NCBI GenBank assembly: GCA_964460895.1
Contig: CAYWTK010000004.1
Coordinates: 5,787 to 69,786 of the forward strand
Length of the DNA: 64,000 nucleotides
Source: an uncultured Opitutaceae bacterium
Lineage (GTDB): Bacteria > Verrucomicrobiota > Verrucomicrobiia > Opitutales > Opitutaceae
Reading direction: 5' to 3'
In this document: positions 27,450 to 38,302 of the stretch, piece after piece
Layout of the letters: every line of letters starts with the position of its first letter
Position numbering within the stretch: position 1 is the first letter of the stretch
Position numbers and translations under genes: made by a program
Notes under the pieces: generated by a model
Databases searched by the model: none
The model's input: the letters and a program-made list of their open reading frames with translations, nothing else
What the model was told of the DNA's origin: nothing

Positions 27450-28484
27450 ATGATCCTCCCCTCCGATTTCCAGCTGCGGCGCCATCCCGAGCCGATCCTC
27501 CGCCCGAATCCCGCGCAGCCATGGGAGTCGCTGGTCGCGACGAATCCCGCCGCGTGGCACGATGAGGCCGCGGGCGAGGTGCTCCTAGTCTACCGCGCCG
27601 CGGGCGACGATCCCGACCACGTCGTCCATCTGGCGCTCGCGCGCAGCCGCGACGGCGTCCGCTTCACGAGAGACGGGGACCGCCCCGTGGCGTCGCCGAT
27701 CCCGTTCACGCCCGACGGCGGCTGCCTCGAGGACCCGCGCATCATCAAGGTCGGCGACTGGTACTACGTGACCGTCGCCTCGCGTCCGTTCCCGCCCGGC
27801 AAGTACTGGGACGAGGCCGCCGCCGCGTCCCGCCTCCACCGAACCTTCCCGGACCACTTCCCCGCCGCGCTCCGGCAGAACCTCACCTCCACCCACCTTT
27901 TCCTGACCCGCGACTTCCGGTCGTGGATCCGCGCGGGCCGCCTGACCGATCCGTCGCTCGACGAGCGGGATGTCGTCATCTTTCCGGAGACCATCGGCGG
28001 CCAGTGGGTCACGATCCACCGGCCGATGCAGTGGCATGGCCCGGGCTACCCGAACGCCCAGCCTGCGATTTGGATCGCCGCGACCCGCGACCTGCTCGGC
28101 TGGAAGCAGCTCCGCCTCCTCGCGAAGGCGGAGTACGATTGGGAGCTGAAGGTCGGCGCGAACAACCCGCCCCTGCGGACGCCGCACGGTTGGCTACAGA
28201 TCTACCACGCGGTCGGCCCCGACAGGCACTACCGCCTCGGCGCGCTGCTCCTTGACCTCGACGATCCGTTCAAGGTCACGCACCGCACCCGCCGGCCAAT
28301 CTTCGAGCCGACCGCGGACTGGGAGACCCGGGGACTCTACAACGGCGTGTGCTTCCCCTGCGGCCACGCCGTTCTCGGTGGTGTCTACCACCTCTACTAC
28401 GGCGGCGGCGACGTCGTCTGCGGACTGGCCACCGTGCCGGTCGACGACCTCGTGGCGCACCTGCTCGCGCAGCCGGTCGGCTGA
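27450..28484 (+). CDS. GH130-family glycoside phosphorylase/mannosidase (5-bladed beta-propeller)
   Basis: TNPAA, VYRA, EDPRI, HRP, IYHAV, YRLGALLLDLDDP, FPCG, YYGGGD motifs. Confidence 0.85.
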   Translation: MILPSDFQLRRHPEPILRPNPAQPWESLVATNPAAWHDEAAGEVLLVYRAAGDDPDHVVHLALARSRDGVRFTRDGDRPVASPIPFTPDGGCLEDPRIIKVGDWYYVTVASRPFPPGKYWDEAAAASRLHRTFPDHFPAALRQNLTSTHLFLTRDFRSWIRAGRLTDPSLDERDVVIFPETIGGQWVTIHRPMQWHGPGYPNAQPAIWIAATRDLLGWKQLRLLAKAEYDWELKVGANNPPLRTPHGWLQIYHAVGPDRHYRLGALLLDLDDPFKVTHRTRRPIFEPTADWETRGLYNGVCFPCGHAVLGGVYHLYYGGGDVVCGLATVPVDDLVAHLLAQPVG

Positions 28485-28527
28485 GGGCCGGCTTGCTCCG
28501 CGAAGGACCGGCGAGTCGAATCCCGCC

Positions 28528-29559
28528 ATGGTCACCCAACAGGACGTCGCGCGGGAGACCGGGCTGTCGCAGACGGCCGTCTCGCTCGCGCTGCGCAACA
28601 GTCCGGACATTCCCGCGGCCACCATTCGTCGGGTCCGTGCGGCGGCCCGTCGGCTCGGGTACCGGCCCGACCCGCTCATCTCCGCACTCATGGCCCAGCG
28701 CCATCGCCGGCGCCAAGGGGCGTTCCGGGCGAAGATCGCGTTCCTCACCGCCTTCACGCGGCGGGACGAACGGGGCCAGTCGGCCTACGCGTCCGGCTGC
28801 TTCGACGGCGCGCAGCGCGCGGCGTCGGAACGGGGCTACGTCTGCGAGCGATTCTGGCTCCGCGAGCCGGGCATCACGGGGCCGCGGCTCAGCACGATTC
28901 TCTGGACCCAGAACGTCCAGGGGCTGCTCGTCGCTCCGCTGCCCGTCGACCATCCGCCCCCGGCGCTCGAATGGGAGAAGTTCGCCGCCCTCAGCCTCGA
29001 CTACTCGCTGGCGCGCCCCGTGCTCAGCCGGGTGGTGGACGACCATGCCTTCGGCATCGAGCGCGTCCTCGACGAAATCGCGCGTCGCGGCTACCGGCGT
29101 CCGGGCCTGGTGCTCCGCGCCTCGCAGGACGTGCGCACCCACCACAGCCGGCTCGGCGTCTTCCTCGTCCACCGCCGGCTCCGGCCCGAATGGCAGGATG
29201 TCCCTCCCCTGATCCTGCCTGAGGACCGCTGGGATGCTCCGCTCTTCGTCGCGTGGCTGCGGCGCGAGCGTCCGGACGTCATCCTGACCGAGGAGCTCGT
29301 GGTGCCCGCGGTGGTTCGGGATGTCGGCCTCCGGGTGCCCGGCGACCTGGGGATTGCCTTCTTCCACAAGGAGCGGCCGGCCCGGGTGCTCAGCGGCCTG
29401 CAGATCAACTCGCGAGAGGTCGGCGCCACCGCCGCCAACATCCTCATCCGCATGATCGAAACCAACGAGCGCGGCGAGGCGCGGGTCCCCACCACGACGC
29501 TCGTGCAATCCTTCACCTGGAACGACGGCCGCACCCTGCGGCGTCCGCTCCGGCCATGA
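28528..29559 (+). CDS. LacI-family transcriptional regulator
   Basis: VTQQDVARETGLSQTAVSLALRN HTH, LGYRPDP hinge. Confidence 0.92.
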   Translation: MVTQQDVARETGLSQTAVSLALRNSPDIPAATIRRVRAAARRLGYRPDPLISALMAQRHRRRQGAFRAKIAFLTAFTRRDERGQSAYASGCFDGAQRAASERGYVCERFWLREPGITGPRLSTILWTQNVQGLLVAPLPVDHPPPALEWEKFAALSLDYSLARPVLSRVVDDHAFGIERVLDEIARRGYRRPGLVLRASQDVRTHHSRLGVFLVHRRLRPEWQDVPPLILPEDRWDAPLFVAWLRRERPDVILTEELVVPAVVRDVGLRVPGDLGIAFFHKERPARVLSGLQINSREVGATAANILIRMIETNERGEARVPTTTLVQSFTWNDGRTLRRPLRP

Positions 29560-30656
29560 ACGCGCCGTTCCCCGTCCTCCGGCACCGCCGTCCGCTCGCG
29601 CGCACGCTCGCCGCGGCCCGGCGCGGCGCGCTCACGGTGGGGTTCCTCGGCGGCTCCATCACCGCCCCGAAGACCGGAACGCGCTGGCCGGAGCCGTTCG
29701 TCGGCTGGCTGCTCCAGCGCTTTCCCGGCGTCCGCCTGGCCGTGGAGAACGCCGCGCTCGGCGCCACCGGCAGCGACCTCGGCGCTTGCCGGGCGGGCCC
29801 GGAGGTCGTCGCGCGCGGTTGCGACCTCGTCTTCGTCGAGTACGCGGTGAACGACTTCGGCACGCCGACCGCGCGCCGCGACCGCACGCGCGAGGGTCTG
29901 CTGCGGCAGCTGGTGGCCTCCGGCGCCGACGTCGTGCTCGTGCACACGTTCTGCACCGAGATGCTGCCCGACCTGGAGGCCGGCCGCGTGCCGCCTTCCG
30001 TGGCGGAGTTCGAGGCCCTCGCCGAGCACTACGGACTCGGGTCCGTCTGGGTCGGACTCCACGCCTGGATCGAGGTCCGGCGCGGGCTGATGACGTGGGA
30101 GGACTGGCTGCCGGACGGCCTGCACCCGGAGCAGCGCGGCAGCCTGAGCTACGCGCAGGCCGTGATCGCCTTCTTCGAGACGGAGATCGGGGGCGCGACC
30201 GGCTCGGGCGCCTGGCTGGGGCGACCGGCCCTCCCGGCCGCCTTGCACGCCGGCTGCTGGGACCGCGTGGACCTGCTCCCGCTCGACGTTCCGGAGCGCA
30301 CCGGCCCGTGGGGGCTGCACCGGTGGTTCACCTGCCTCGGGATGGATCGGGCGCTGCACGCGACGGCGCCGGGCGCGGCGCTGCGGATTCCCTTCACCGG
30401 TCGCGGCCTGGTGGTCGGCTTCGACTTCGGGCGCCTCTCCAGCGAGGTGCGCTACCGGGTGGACGGCGGGGAATGGCGGGAGACCCGGCGCGACCGCCCG
30501 GCCTGGTGCGGCGACAGCGGCTGGTTCCGCCCGCTCGTGGTGGCGGACGACCTTCCGGCCGGTCCGCACGTCTGCGAACTCGAGGCCGTCGCGGTTCCCG
30601 TGCCGCAGGGCTGCGGCACCCGCACCACGATCGGCCTGCTCGGCGTCATCGGCTGA
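29556..30656 (+). CDS. SGNH/GDSL-family esterase
   Basis: FLGGSIT, GATGS, VEYAVND, DGLHP blocks; ATGA overlap with the LacI gene. Confidence 0.88.
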   Translation: MNAPFPVLRHRRPLARTLAAARRGALTVGFLGGSITAPKTGTRWPEPFVGWLLQRFPGVRLAVENAALGATGSDLGACRAGPEVVARGCDLVFVEYAVNDFGTPTARRDRTREGLLRQLVASGADVVLVHTFCTEMLPDLEAGRVPPSVAEFEALAEHYGLGSVWVGLHAWIEVRRGLMTWEDWLPDGLHPEQRGSLSYAQAVIAFFETEIGGATGSGAWLGRPALPAALHAGCWDRVDLLPLDVPERTGPWGLHRWFTCLGMDRALHATAPGAALRIPFTGRGLVVGFDFGRLSSEVRYRVDGGEWRETRRDRPAWCGDSGWFRPLVVADDLPAGPHVCELEAVAVPVPQGCGTRTTIGLLGVIG

Positions 30657-30663
30657 CTTTCCC

Positions 30664-32559
30664 ATGCGCTCCCGTCTGGTCCTCCTCGGTCTGCTCGTCG
30701 GTCTCACCGCCCCGGTCCTCGCCGCCCCGCGCTACGCGCCCGCGCCCGCGCGGGTCCGGCAGATCGAGGCGGCGTTGCCCGAGCTTCCGGGCGGGTGGGG
30801 GCCGGTCGCCTCCGACCGCAAGGCCTGGAAGGAGGCCGCCGCGACCATCCCGGCGCGCGACCTCGTGCTCGCCGCGCAGGAGGCGATGGGCCAGCGGCCC
30901 CCCGACCTGTCCGCCGACCTCTACCGGCGCTATTCGCGCGACGGCAACCGGTCGGAGTTCCAGGACGCCAACCGCGTGCGGATGGGACGGCTCAACCTCT
31001 TCGCCTGGGCGGAGGCGGTCGAGGGCAGGGGCCGCTTCCTGCCCGCTCTGGCGGGAGAGATCGCCGCGACGCTCGACGAGCCGACCTGGGTGCTGCCCGC
31101 CCACGACCCGAAGCTGAACAACTTCGAGGGACGCTGGACCGAGATCGACCTGATGGTGGCGATGAAGGGCTGGTCGCTCGCCACCGTCCTCCATTGGCAC
31201 GCCGCGCAGCTCGACCCCGCATTGGTCGCCCGCGCCCGCGCCGAGCTCCAGCGCCGGGTCATCGCGCCGTACCTCGCGCGGGTGAAGGGGGAGAAGAGCG
31301 CCGACACGGACGGGATGTGGTGGACCCGGACGGACAACAACTGGAACTCCGTCTGCCACGCGGGCGTCGTGGGCACGGCGCTCGCGGTCCTCGAATCCCG
31401 CGCCGCGCGCGCCGAGGTCGTGGCGCACGCCGAGATCAACCTCATTGAATACCTCAAGGGTTTCACCGCCGACGGCTACTGCAGCGAGGGCATCGGCTAC
31501 TGGAACTACGGCTTCGGACATTTCGCCATGCTCTCGGAGACGCTCGGGCGCGTCACCGGCGGCGTGGTGCGGCCGCTCGCCGGCGACCACGCGCTCCGCG
31601 TCGCGGCCTATCCCTGGGCCCTCCAGATCCTCCCGGGCGTCTTCCCGGCGTTCGCGGACATGGACGTGCGCGAGCGGCCGTCCACGTGGTTCGGCGCGGT
31701 CGCGGTCATCCAGGTCTACCCGAAGCCCCTCGGGATGAAGTCGTGGGGCCTCTCCGTCGGCGACCTGCGCACGCAGGTGACCTACGAGGCGGCGATGAAG
31801 GTTTTCCTGCCCTTCCTCACCGCCGGCCTACCCGCGGCGCCCGCGCCCCGCGTCACGGGCGACCACTACTGGTTCGACGCGGCCCAGGTCTACACGGGAC
31901 GCGCCGCGGCCGGCTTCGGCGCCGCCATCAAGGGCGGGCACAACGACGAGCACCACAACCACAACGACGTCGGCTCCTTCGTCGTCGCCGCCGCGGACCG
32001 GCCCGTGCTCGTGGACCCGGGCCTCGAGGTCTACACCCAGCGCACCTTCTCGCCGCAGCGCTACGACTCCAAGGTCATCAATTCCTACGGGCACTCCGTG
32101 CCGGTCGTCGCGGGCGAGCTGCAGCGGACCGGGCGGAAGCACGCCGCCCGGGTCGTCTCGACCTCCTTCTCCGCCGCTGAGGACGTGGTCGTGCTCGACC
32201 TGACCGCGGCCTACGAGGTCCCGGCGCTCAAGTCCCTCGTGCGCACCTTCACCCTGCGTCGCGGCGTCAAGCCAGAGGTCGTCGTCAGTGACCAGGTCGA
32301 GTTCGCCACGCCCTCCGCCTTCGAGGGGGCCCTCGTCACCTTTGAGAAATGGCGCGACCGCGGCGAGGGTCGGCTCGCGCTCGGGGAGGGAGACGCCGCG
32401 CTGCGGGTCGCCGTCGAGTCCGACGTGCCTTGGACCCTGCGCTCCGAGGTCATCGACGAGCAGCTGCCGGGCAACCGGAAGCCGACCCGCCTCGGCCTCG
32501 CGTTCGACCGGCCCGTGACCACGGCGCGGCTCACCTTCCGCATCAGCCCGGCGCGATGA
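30664..32559 (+). CDS. Heparinase II/III-like protein (secreted)
   Basis: Signal peptide; NNWNSVC, DGYCSEGIGYWNYG, HHNHNDVGSF, DPG, HSVP motifs. Confidence 0.8.
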   Translation: MRSRLVLLGLLVGLTAPVLAAPRYAPAPARVRQIEAALPELPGGWGPVASDRKAWKEAAATIPARDLVLAAQEAMGQRPPDLSADLYRRYSRDGNRSEFQDANRVRMGRLNLFAWAEAVEGRGRFLPALAGEIAATLDEPTWVLPAHDPKLNNFEGRWTEIDLMVAMKGWSLATVLHWHAAQLDPALVARARAELQRRVIAPYLARVKGEKSADTDGMWWTRTDNNWNSVCHAGVVGTALAVLESRAARAEVVAHAEINLIEYLKGFTADGYCSEGIGYWNYGFGHFAMLSETLGRVTGGVVRPLAGDHALRVAAYPWALQILPGVFPAFADMDVRERPSTWFGAVAVIQVYPKPLGMKSWGLSVGDLRTQVTYEAAMKVFLPFLTAGLPAAPAPRVTGDHYWFDAAQVYTGRAAAGFGAAIKGGHNDEHHNHNDVGSFVVAAADRPVLVDPGLEVYTQRTFSPQRYDSKVINSYGHSVPVVAGELQRTGRKHAARVVSTSFSAAEDVVVLDLTAAYEVPALKSLVRTFTLRRGVKPEVVVSDQVEFATPSAFEGALVTFEKWRDRGEGRLALGEGDAALRVAVESDVPWTLRSEVIDEQLPGNRKPTRLGLAFDRPVTTARLTFRISPAR

Positions 32560-32603
32560 CGAACTCGTCCCTCCTCCTCCCGCCGCTGCGACGCTCCTGA
32601 CCG

Positions 32604-34568
32604 ATGGCCGCCCTGCTCGACCTCTCCACGCTGCAATGGACCCTGACGGGCTGGCGCCCGTTCGCCTGGCGGCTCCGCAAGTCGGCCGAGACCGGCGGCT
32701 TCCTCCTGCCGGACCACGGTCCGTACCCGGCGCGACTGCCCGGCTCCGTGCAGGAGAACCTGTTCCGGGCCGGCGCGATCCCGGACTGGAACGTCGGCCA
32801 CAACTCGCTGGCGGTCGAATGGGTCGAGCATCGCCACTGGATGTTCACCGCCACGCTCCCGCCGTTGCCGGCCGGCGAGGTCGTGTTCGAGGCCGACGGC
32901 CTCGACCACAACGGGTGGATCACGCTCGACGGCGTCGTCGTCGGCGAGTTCGCCGGCGCGCACCTCCCCGTGCGCCTTCCGCTGGACGGCAGGTCCGGCC
33001 GGGGCCCGCGGGAGATCTCGATCATCTTCGGCCTGCCGCCGGAAGGGCAGGGGCAGCTCGGCTACACCTCCCTCGCGCGAGAGGCCAAGCCGCGGTACAG
33101 CTTCAGTTGGGACTGGTGCGTGCGGGTCGTGCCGATCGGCGCCGCCGGCCGGCTCCAGCTCGCGCGCGTCGCGGCCCCGGACGTGCGCGTCGTGCGCACG
33201 GTGGCCACGCTCGACGCGGCGCTCGCCCGCGGGGAGGTCGTGGCCGAGTTCACCGCCGGCGAGGTCCGGCCGGGCGACGAGGTCCGCACCACGGTCGAAT
33301 CCCGGGAGGGCGTCGTCGCGGAGACGCGGCAGGCGCTGGTCGCGGGCGGGAATACCGTGCGCCTGGCGGTCGCCTCGCCAGCGCCGTGGTGGCCCAACGG
33401 CGAGGGTGGGCAACCGCTCTACGTCGTGCGCACGGCGGTGCGCCGCGGGGGCGCCGTGGTGGACGAGTTTGTGCGCGAGGTCGGCTTCAAGCACGTCGCC
33501 TGGCGCCCCTGCGCCGGGGCGCCGGCCGGCGCCCTCGACTGGCTCTGCGTCGTCAACGGCCGCCCGCTCTTCCTCCAGGGCGTCAACTGGACCCCCGTGC
33601 GGATGTGCTACCAGGACGTGACTCGGCAGGAGACCGAGCGCCTCGTGCGGATCTACCGCGACCTCGGCTGCAACCTGCTGCGCGTCTGGGGCGGCGGTTA
33701 CCTCGAGTCGCCCGAGTTCTACGCCGCCTGCGACCGGGCGGGCCTGCTCGTCTGGCAGGAGTTCCCGCTCTCCTCGTCCGGTCTCGACAGCCGGCCGGCG
33801 GAGGACGACGCGTTCATCGCCGGGATGACGTCCATCGCCCGGCACTTCATCCGCAGCCGCCAGCACCACGCCTGCCTGCTGCAGTGGTGCGGCGGCAACG
33901 AGCTGCACGTGGACGTCCCGCACGGCGACGGCAAGCGCCGCCACCCGCTCGACCTCTCGCACCGCCTGCTCGCCGCCCTCGACCGCCTCGTGGCCGAGGA
34001 GGATCCGACGCACCGGTTCCTGCCGACCTCGCCGTACGGGCCGCGCTTCCATGCGACGCGCGAGGAGTTCGGGCGCGGCCTGCACCACGAGGTGCACGGG
34101 CCTTGGGGCCTGGACGGGCATCCGGGCGACGAGTGGGAGTGCTACTGGCGCGACGACGACTCGCTCTTTCGCGGCGAGACCGGCGTGGCCGGGGCGAGCC
34201 GGGCCGAGCTGATCCGGCGCTTCGCCGGCGGCGAGCCCGTCTGGCCGCCCAACACCGCGCTCTGGCGCCACGCCTCCGGCTGGTGGACGCAGTGGGACCG
34301 GCTCGGCGGGGAATTCGCCGACGCCGACCCCGCGACCGCGCTCGAGGCCTTCACCGAGCACACGCGCCGCGAGCAGGCGGAGAAGCTGGCCTTCGCCATC
34401 CGGGCGAAGAAGGCGAGATTCCCGGCCTGCGGCGGTTTCCTGATCTGGATGGGGCATGACGCCTTCCCCTGTCTCGCCAACACCTCCATCGTCGAGTTCG
34501 ACCACGCCCTGAAGCCCGCCGCGCACGCGGTCGCGGCCGCGTTCAAGGAAAGACCCGCTCCCGCATGA
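32604..34568 (+). CDS. GH2-family glycosidase (beta-mannosidase-like)
   Basis: WDW, WWPNG, FLQGVNWTP, LRVWGGG, CDRAGLLVWQEF, WCGGNE motifs. Confidence 0.87.
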   Translation: MAALLDLSTLQWTLTGWRPFAWRLRKSAETGGFLLPDHGPYPARLPGSVQENLFRAGAIPDWNVGHNSLAVEWVEHRHWMFTATLPPLPAGEVVFEADGLDHNGWITLDGVVVGEFAGAHLPVRLPLDGRSGRGPREISIIFGLPPEGQGQLGYTSLAREAKPRYSFSWDWCVRVVPIGAAGRLQLARVAAPDVRVVRTVATLDAALARGEVVAEFTAGEVRPGDEVRTTVESREGVVAETRQALVAGGNTVRLAVASPAPWWPNGEGGQPLYVVRTAVRRGGAVVDEFVREVGFKHVAWRPCAGAPAGALDWLCVVNGRPLFLQGVNWTPVRMCYQDVTRQETERLVRIYRDLGCNLLRVWGGGYLESPEFYAACDRAGLLVWQEFPLSSSGLDSRPAEDDAFIAGMTSIARHFIRSRQHHACLLQWCGGNELHVDVPHGDGKRRHPLDLSHRLLAALDRLVAEEDPTHRFLPTSPYGPRFHATREEFGRGLHHEVHGPWGLDGHPGDEWECYWRDDDSLFRGETGVAGASRAELIRRFAGGEPVWPPNTALWRHASGWWTQWDRLGGEFADADPATALEAFTEHTRREQAEKLAFAIRAKKARFPACGGFLIWMGHDAFPCLANTSIVEFDHALKPAAHAVAAAFKERPAPA

Positions 34569-35911
34569 AGATCCCGACCGTGCTCATCGCGCTCGCCGCG
34601 GCCTCGCTGCTGGCGGCGTCCGATCCCGCCCCGCGCCGGCCGAACGTCGTCGTCATCGTCACCGACGACCAGCGCTGGGACGCCCTCGGCGTCGTGCAGC
34701 ACGAGCAGGGCGAGCGGGCGCGCTTCCCGTTCTTCGCCACGCCGCACCTCGACCGGCTGGCGGCGGGCGGCGCCCGCTTCCGCAACGCCTTCGTGACCCA
34801 TTCGCTCTGCTCGCCCAGCCGCGCCTCGATGCTCACGGGCCGGCCGACCCACGCGCATGGCATCCGCGACAATAAGACGGCCTTCCGCTCCGAGGACACC
34901 TGGGCGCACGCCCTCCGCGATGCGGGCTATCGGACGGGCTACTTCGGGAAGTGGCACATGGGGAAGCAGGAGGATCGGCCCGGTTTCGATCACACCTTCA
35001 CGTTCGTCGACCAGGGCATCTACCCGAACTGCCGCTTCCTCCACAACGGGGTCTGGGTGGAGACGGAAGGGTGGGTCGACGACGTCACCACCGACGCCGT
35101 GCTCCGCTTCGTCTCCGCGCACCGCGCCGAGCCCTTCGCGCTCTTCGTCGGCTACAAGTCGCCGCACGACGTCCGCCAGCCGGCGCCCCGCCATGCCGAC
35201 CGCTATGCCGGGGTCCGCATCGCCGAGCCGCCGAGCTTCCGCGCGTGGCCGCCGTTCCCCTGGGGCGACCGTTCGCGGCCGTGGAATCCGGTCGTCGAGG
35301 ACCGGCTCAACTACTTCCGCTGCCTGCAGGGCGTGGACGACAACATCGGGCGGCTGCTCGACGGGCTGCGGGAGGCCGGGGTGGCGGACGACACCGTCAT
35401 CGTCTTCGCCGGCGACAACGGCTACTACTTCGGCGAGCACGGCCTGGGGGACAAGCGCTCGGCCTACGAGGAGAGCATCCGTATCCCGCTCCTCGTCCAT
35501 TACCCGCGCCTCGTGCGTCCCGGCACGGTCGTGGACGCGCTTGCGCTCAACCTGGACTTTCCCGCGACGCTGCTTGAGCTCGCCGGCGTGCCCCTGCGCT
35601 GGGAGCAGCAGGGCCGGAGCCTCTTGCCGCTCCTGCGCAGCGAGCGCCCCGCGGACTGGCGGACCCACTTCCTCTACGAGAACTACCGGGATCCCGAGTA
35701 TCCGGACGTCACCTTCGACATCCACGCTGTGCGCACCGACCGGGCCAAGCTGGTCGAGTATCCAGGCCGGCCGGAGTGGACGCAGCTCTTCGACTTGGCG
35801 GCCGATCCGCACGAGATGCGCAATCTCGCGTACGACCCCGCGGCCCGGCCGCTGAGGGCGGAGCTCGAGGCGTTGCTGACGCGGGTCCGACCGCCCGCTT
35901 CCCGTCCATGA
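34565..35911 (+). CDS. Sulfatase (S1, Cys-type)
   Basis: PNVVVIVTDD, CSPSRASMLTG, GYRTGYFGKWH, GDNG, DKR motifs; signal peptide. Confidence 0.93.
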   Translation: MKIPTVLIALAAASLLAASDPAPRRPNVVVIVTDDQRWDALGVVQHEQGERARFPFFATPHLDRLAAGGARFRNAFVTHSLCSPSRASMLTGRPTHAHGIRDNKTAFRSEDTWAHALRDAGYRTGYFGKWHMGKQEDRPGFDHTFTFVDQGIYPNCRFLHNGVWVETEGWVDDVTTDAVLRFVSAHRAEPFALFVGYKSPHDVRQPAPRHADRYAGVRIAEPPSFRAWPPFPWGDRSRPWNPVVEDRLNYFRCLQGVDDNIGRLLDGLREAGVADDTVIVFAGDNGYYFGEHGLGDKRSAYEESIRIPLLVHYPRLVRPGTVVDALALNLDFPATLLELAGVPLRWEQQGRSLLPLLRSERPADWRTHFLYENYRDPEYPDVTFDIHAVRTDRAKLVEYPGRPEWTQLFDLAADPHEMRNLAYDPAARPLRAELEALLTRVRPPASRP

Positions 35912-36924
35912 ACGCCCCCGCTGCCCCGTTTCGTCCCCGCGTCGCCCTGTTCTACCGGGAGGAACTCGACCGCTGGCTCCTCCCGCCCGCGGCACGCGCG
36001 CGGCTCGCGGCCGTGGCGGACATCGTGACCCCGCCGCTGGACGAGGCCGCTTGGCGCGGGCACGCCGCGGCGTTGCGCGACGTGGACGCGGTGCTCGGCA
36101 GCTGGGACATCCCCCGGTTTGACGCCGAGTTGCTTGCCGCGATGCCGCGCCTGCGCGCCGTCTTCTACGCCGCCGGCTCGGTGCGCGGCTTCGTGACCCC
36201 GGAATTCTGGGAACGGGGCATCGTGCTCTCCAGCGCTGTAGGGGCAAACGTCGGTCCGACCGCGACCTTCGCCGAGGCGATGATCGTGCTCTCGTTGAAG
36301 CAGGTCTGGTTCTACCTGCGGGAGAAGCGCGCGGACTGGGCCTACCTCGCCGACACCGCCTCCTCGGGCGTGCACGGGGCCACCGTCGGCATCGTCGGCC
36401 TCAGCCGCATCGGCCGCGCCGTGGTGCGGGGACTGAGGCGCCACGAGCTCCGCATCCTCGCCTTCGACCCGACGGTGGACGTCGCCGAGGCGGCGCGCCT
36501 CGGGGTCGAGCTCGCGCCGCTGGACGAGGTCTTCGCCCGCAGCGACGTCGTTTCCCTGCATGCGCCGCTGCTCCCCTCGACCGTCCGCCTCGTCCGTGCC
36601 GAGCACCTGCGGAAGCTCGGCCGGCACACCACGTTCGTGAACACGGCGCGGGGGGCGATCGTGGACGAGGTCGGGATGGTCGCGGTCCTCCGCGAGCGTC
36701 CGGACCTGACGGCGGTGCTCGACGTGACGGACCCTGAGCCGGCTCCGGCGGATTCGCCGCTGCGCCTCCTGCCCAACGTCGTGCTCACCCCGCACCTCGC
36801 CGGCGCGCGGCACCGCGAGATCGAGCTGCTCGGACGCGCGGCCGGCGACGACCTCGCGCGCTGGGTGCGCGGCGAACCGCTGGCCGGAGCGCTCGACGCG
36901 GCGGCCGCCGCCAACTCGGCCTGA
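35908..36924 (+). CDS. D-2-hydroxyacid dehydrogenase family protein
   Basis: GIVGLSRIG, SLHAP, VNTARG, LDVTDPEP, LTPHLAG motifs. Confidence 0.9.
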   Translation: MNAPAAPFRPRVALFYREELDRWLLPPAARARLAAVADIVTPPLDEAAWRGHAAALRDVDAVLGSWDIPRFDAELLAAMPRLRAVFYAAGSVRGFVTPEFWERGIVLSSAVGANVGPTATFAEAMIVLSLKQVWFYLREKRADWAYLADTASSGVHGATVGIVGLSRIGRAVVRGLRRHELRILAFDPTVDVAEAARLGVELAPLDEVFARSDVVSLHAPLLPSTVRLVRAEHLRKLGRHTTFVNTARGAIVDEVGMVAVLRERPDLTAVLDVTDPEPAPADSPLRLLPNVVLTPHLAGARHREIELLGRAAGDDLARWVRGEPLAGALDAAAAANSA

Positions 36925-36934
36925 GCCCCTTCCC

Positions 36935-38299
36935 ATGAACCTCTCGACCCCTCCCGGCGGCGGACCCAAGGTGTGGCGGCTCGGCACGCTGACCTATTCG
37001 CTCGGCGCGCTGCTGCTGCTGTTCTTCTGGCTGCTGCTCGGCGACTTCAGCTACATGATGCGCGAGCGCTCCGCGGCGCCGGTCGCGCAGCTGATGCTGA
37101 AGAAGTACGAGGCCTCCGACCTCGTCACCGGCGTCTTCCTCCTCACCATCCCCTGGGCCATCATCCTCGTCGTCGGCCCAGCGGTGAGCTATTGGAGCGA
37201 CCATCATCGCAGCCGGTGGGGGCGGCGCATCCCGTTCCTGCTCTTCCCGACGCCCTTCGTCACCCTCTCGATGATCGGTCTCGCCTACAGCCCGCCCATC
37301 GGTCGCTGGCTGCATGCGGCGCTGGGCCTGGCGCCGGACCGCGTCAACCTCACCATTCTGGTCGTGATGGGGCTCTGCTGGACCGTCTTCGAGATCGGCG
37401 TCGTCATCTCGAATTCCGTCTTCAACGGCTTGATCAACGACGTCGTGCCCCGCGAGTTGCTCGGCCGGTTCTACGGCCTGTTCCGCGCCGTCAGCCTCGG
37501 CGTCGGCGTGCTCTTCAATTACAAGATCATCGGCCATGCGGAGCAGCACTACACCCTCATCCTTGCCAGCATCGGCCTGATCTACGGCGCGGGCATGACG
37601 GTGATGTGCCTACGGGTGAAGGAGGGCGAATACCCGCCGCCGCCGCCGCGCCGCGCCGGGCATCCGGTGCTCGGCGCGCTGGGCGACTACTGGCGCGACT
37701 GCTTCCGCAAGCCGTACTACCTGCTCGTCTTCCTCTTCCTCGGCGTGGCCAACCTGGCGTTCGTGCCGGTGAACCTCTTCAGCATCTACGCTGCGAAGAG
37801 CTACGACATGTCGATGGAGACCTACGGGCGGTACCTCGTGGTGACGTACATCTGCTCCTTCGTCCTCGCCTTCCCGCTCGGCTGGCTCGCGGACCGCCTG
37901 CACCCGCTCCGCGTCGGGCTCGGGGCGATCGGGCTCTACGGCGGGGTGATGCTCGTCGGGTTCCTCGGGATGCGCGACGCCCCCTCGTTCGGATGGGTCT
38001 TCCTCCTCCACGGCGTGCTGGCGGGGACCTTCTTCACGGGAGCGGCGGCGCTGCCGCAGATGCTCTTCCCGGCCCCGAAGTTCGCGCAGTTCGCCGCGGC
38101 GGCGGGGCTGATCGCGGCGCTTTTCAACATGGCGCTCGGTCCCGTCCTGGGCGCGCTGCTCGACGGGCTGGGCAACCAGTATCGCTACACCTTCCTCGCT
38201 GGGGCCGTCATCGCCGGCGTCGCGCTCGGGCTCGGGGTCTGGCTCCACCGGCGCTGGCAGGCCCTCGGCGGTCGGACGGGGTATGTCGCGCCCGAGTGA
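36935..38299 (+). CDS. MFS transporter
   Basis: Multiple hydrophobic helices; SDHHRSRWGRRIPF loop motif; GWLADR. Confidence 0.9.
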   Translation: MNLSTPPGGGPKVWRLGTLTYSLGALLLLFFWLLLGDFSYMMRERSAAPVAQLMLKKYEASDLVTGVFLLTIPWAIILVVGPAVSYWSDHHRSRWGRRIPFLLFPTPFVTLSMIGLAYSPPIGRWLHAALGLAPDRVNLTILVVMGLCWTVFEIGVVISNSVFNGLINDVVPRELLGRFYGLFRAVSLGVGVLFNYKIIGHAEQHYTLILASIGLIYGAGMTVMCLRVKEGEYPPPPPRRAGHPVLGALGDYWRDCFRKPYYLLVFLFLGVANLAFVPVNLFSIYAAKSYDMSMETYGRYLVVTYICSFVLAFPLGWLADRLHPLRVGLGAIGLYGGVMLVGFLGMRDAPSFGWVFLLHGVLAGTFFTGAAALPQMLFPAPKFAQFAAAAGLIAALFNMALGPVLGALLDGLGNQYRYTFLAGAVIAGVALGLGVWLHRRWQALGGRTGYVAPE

Positions 38300-38302
38300 C
38301 CA

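Noticed and set aside
32556..32600. 14-codon mini-ORF (MTNSSLLLPPLRRS) bridging the heparinase-like and GH2 genes
   Set aside because: Too short to support; could be chance or a coupling remnant, with no independent evidence
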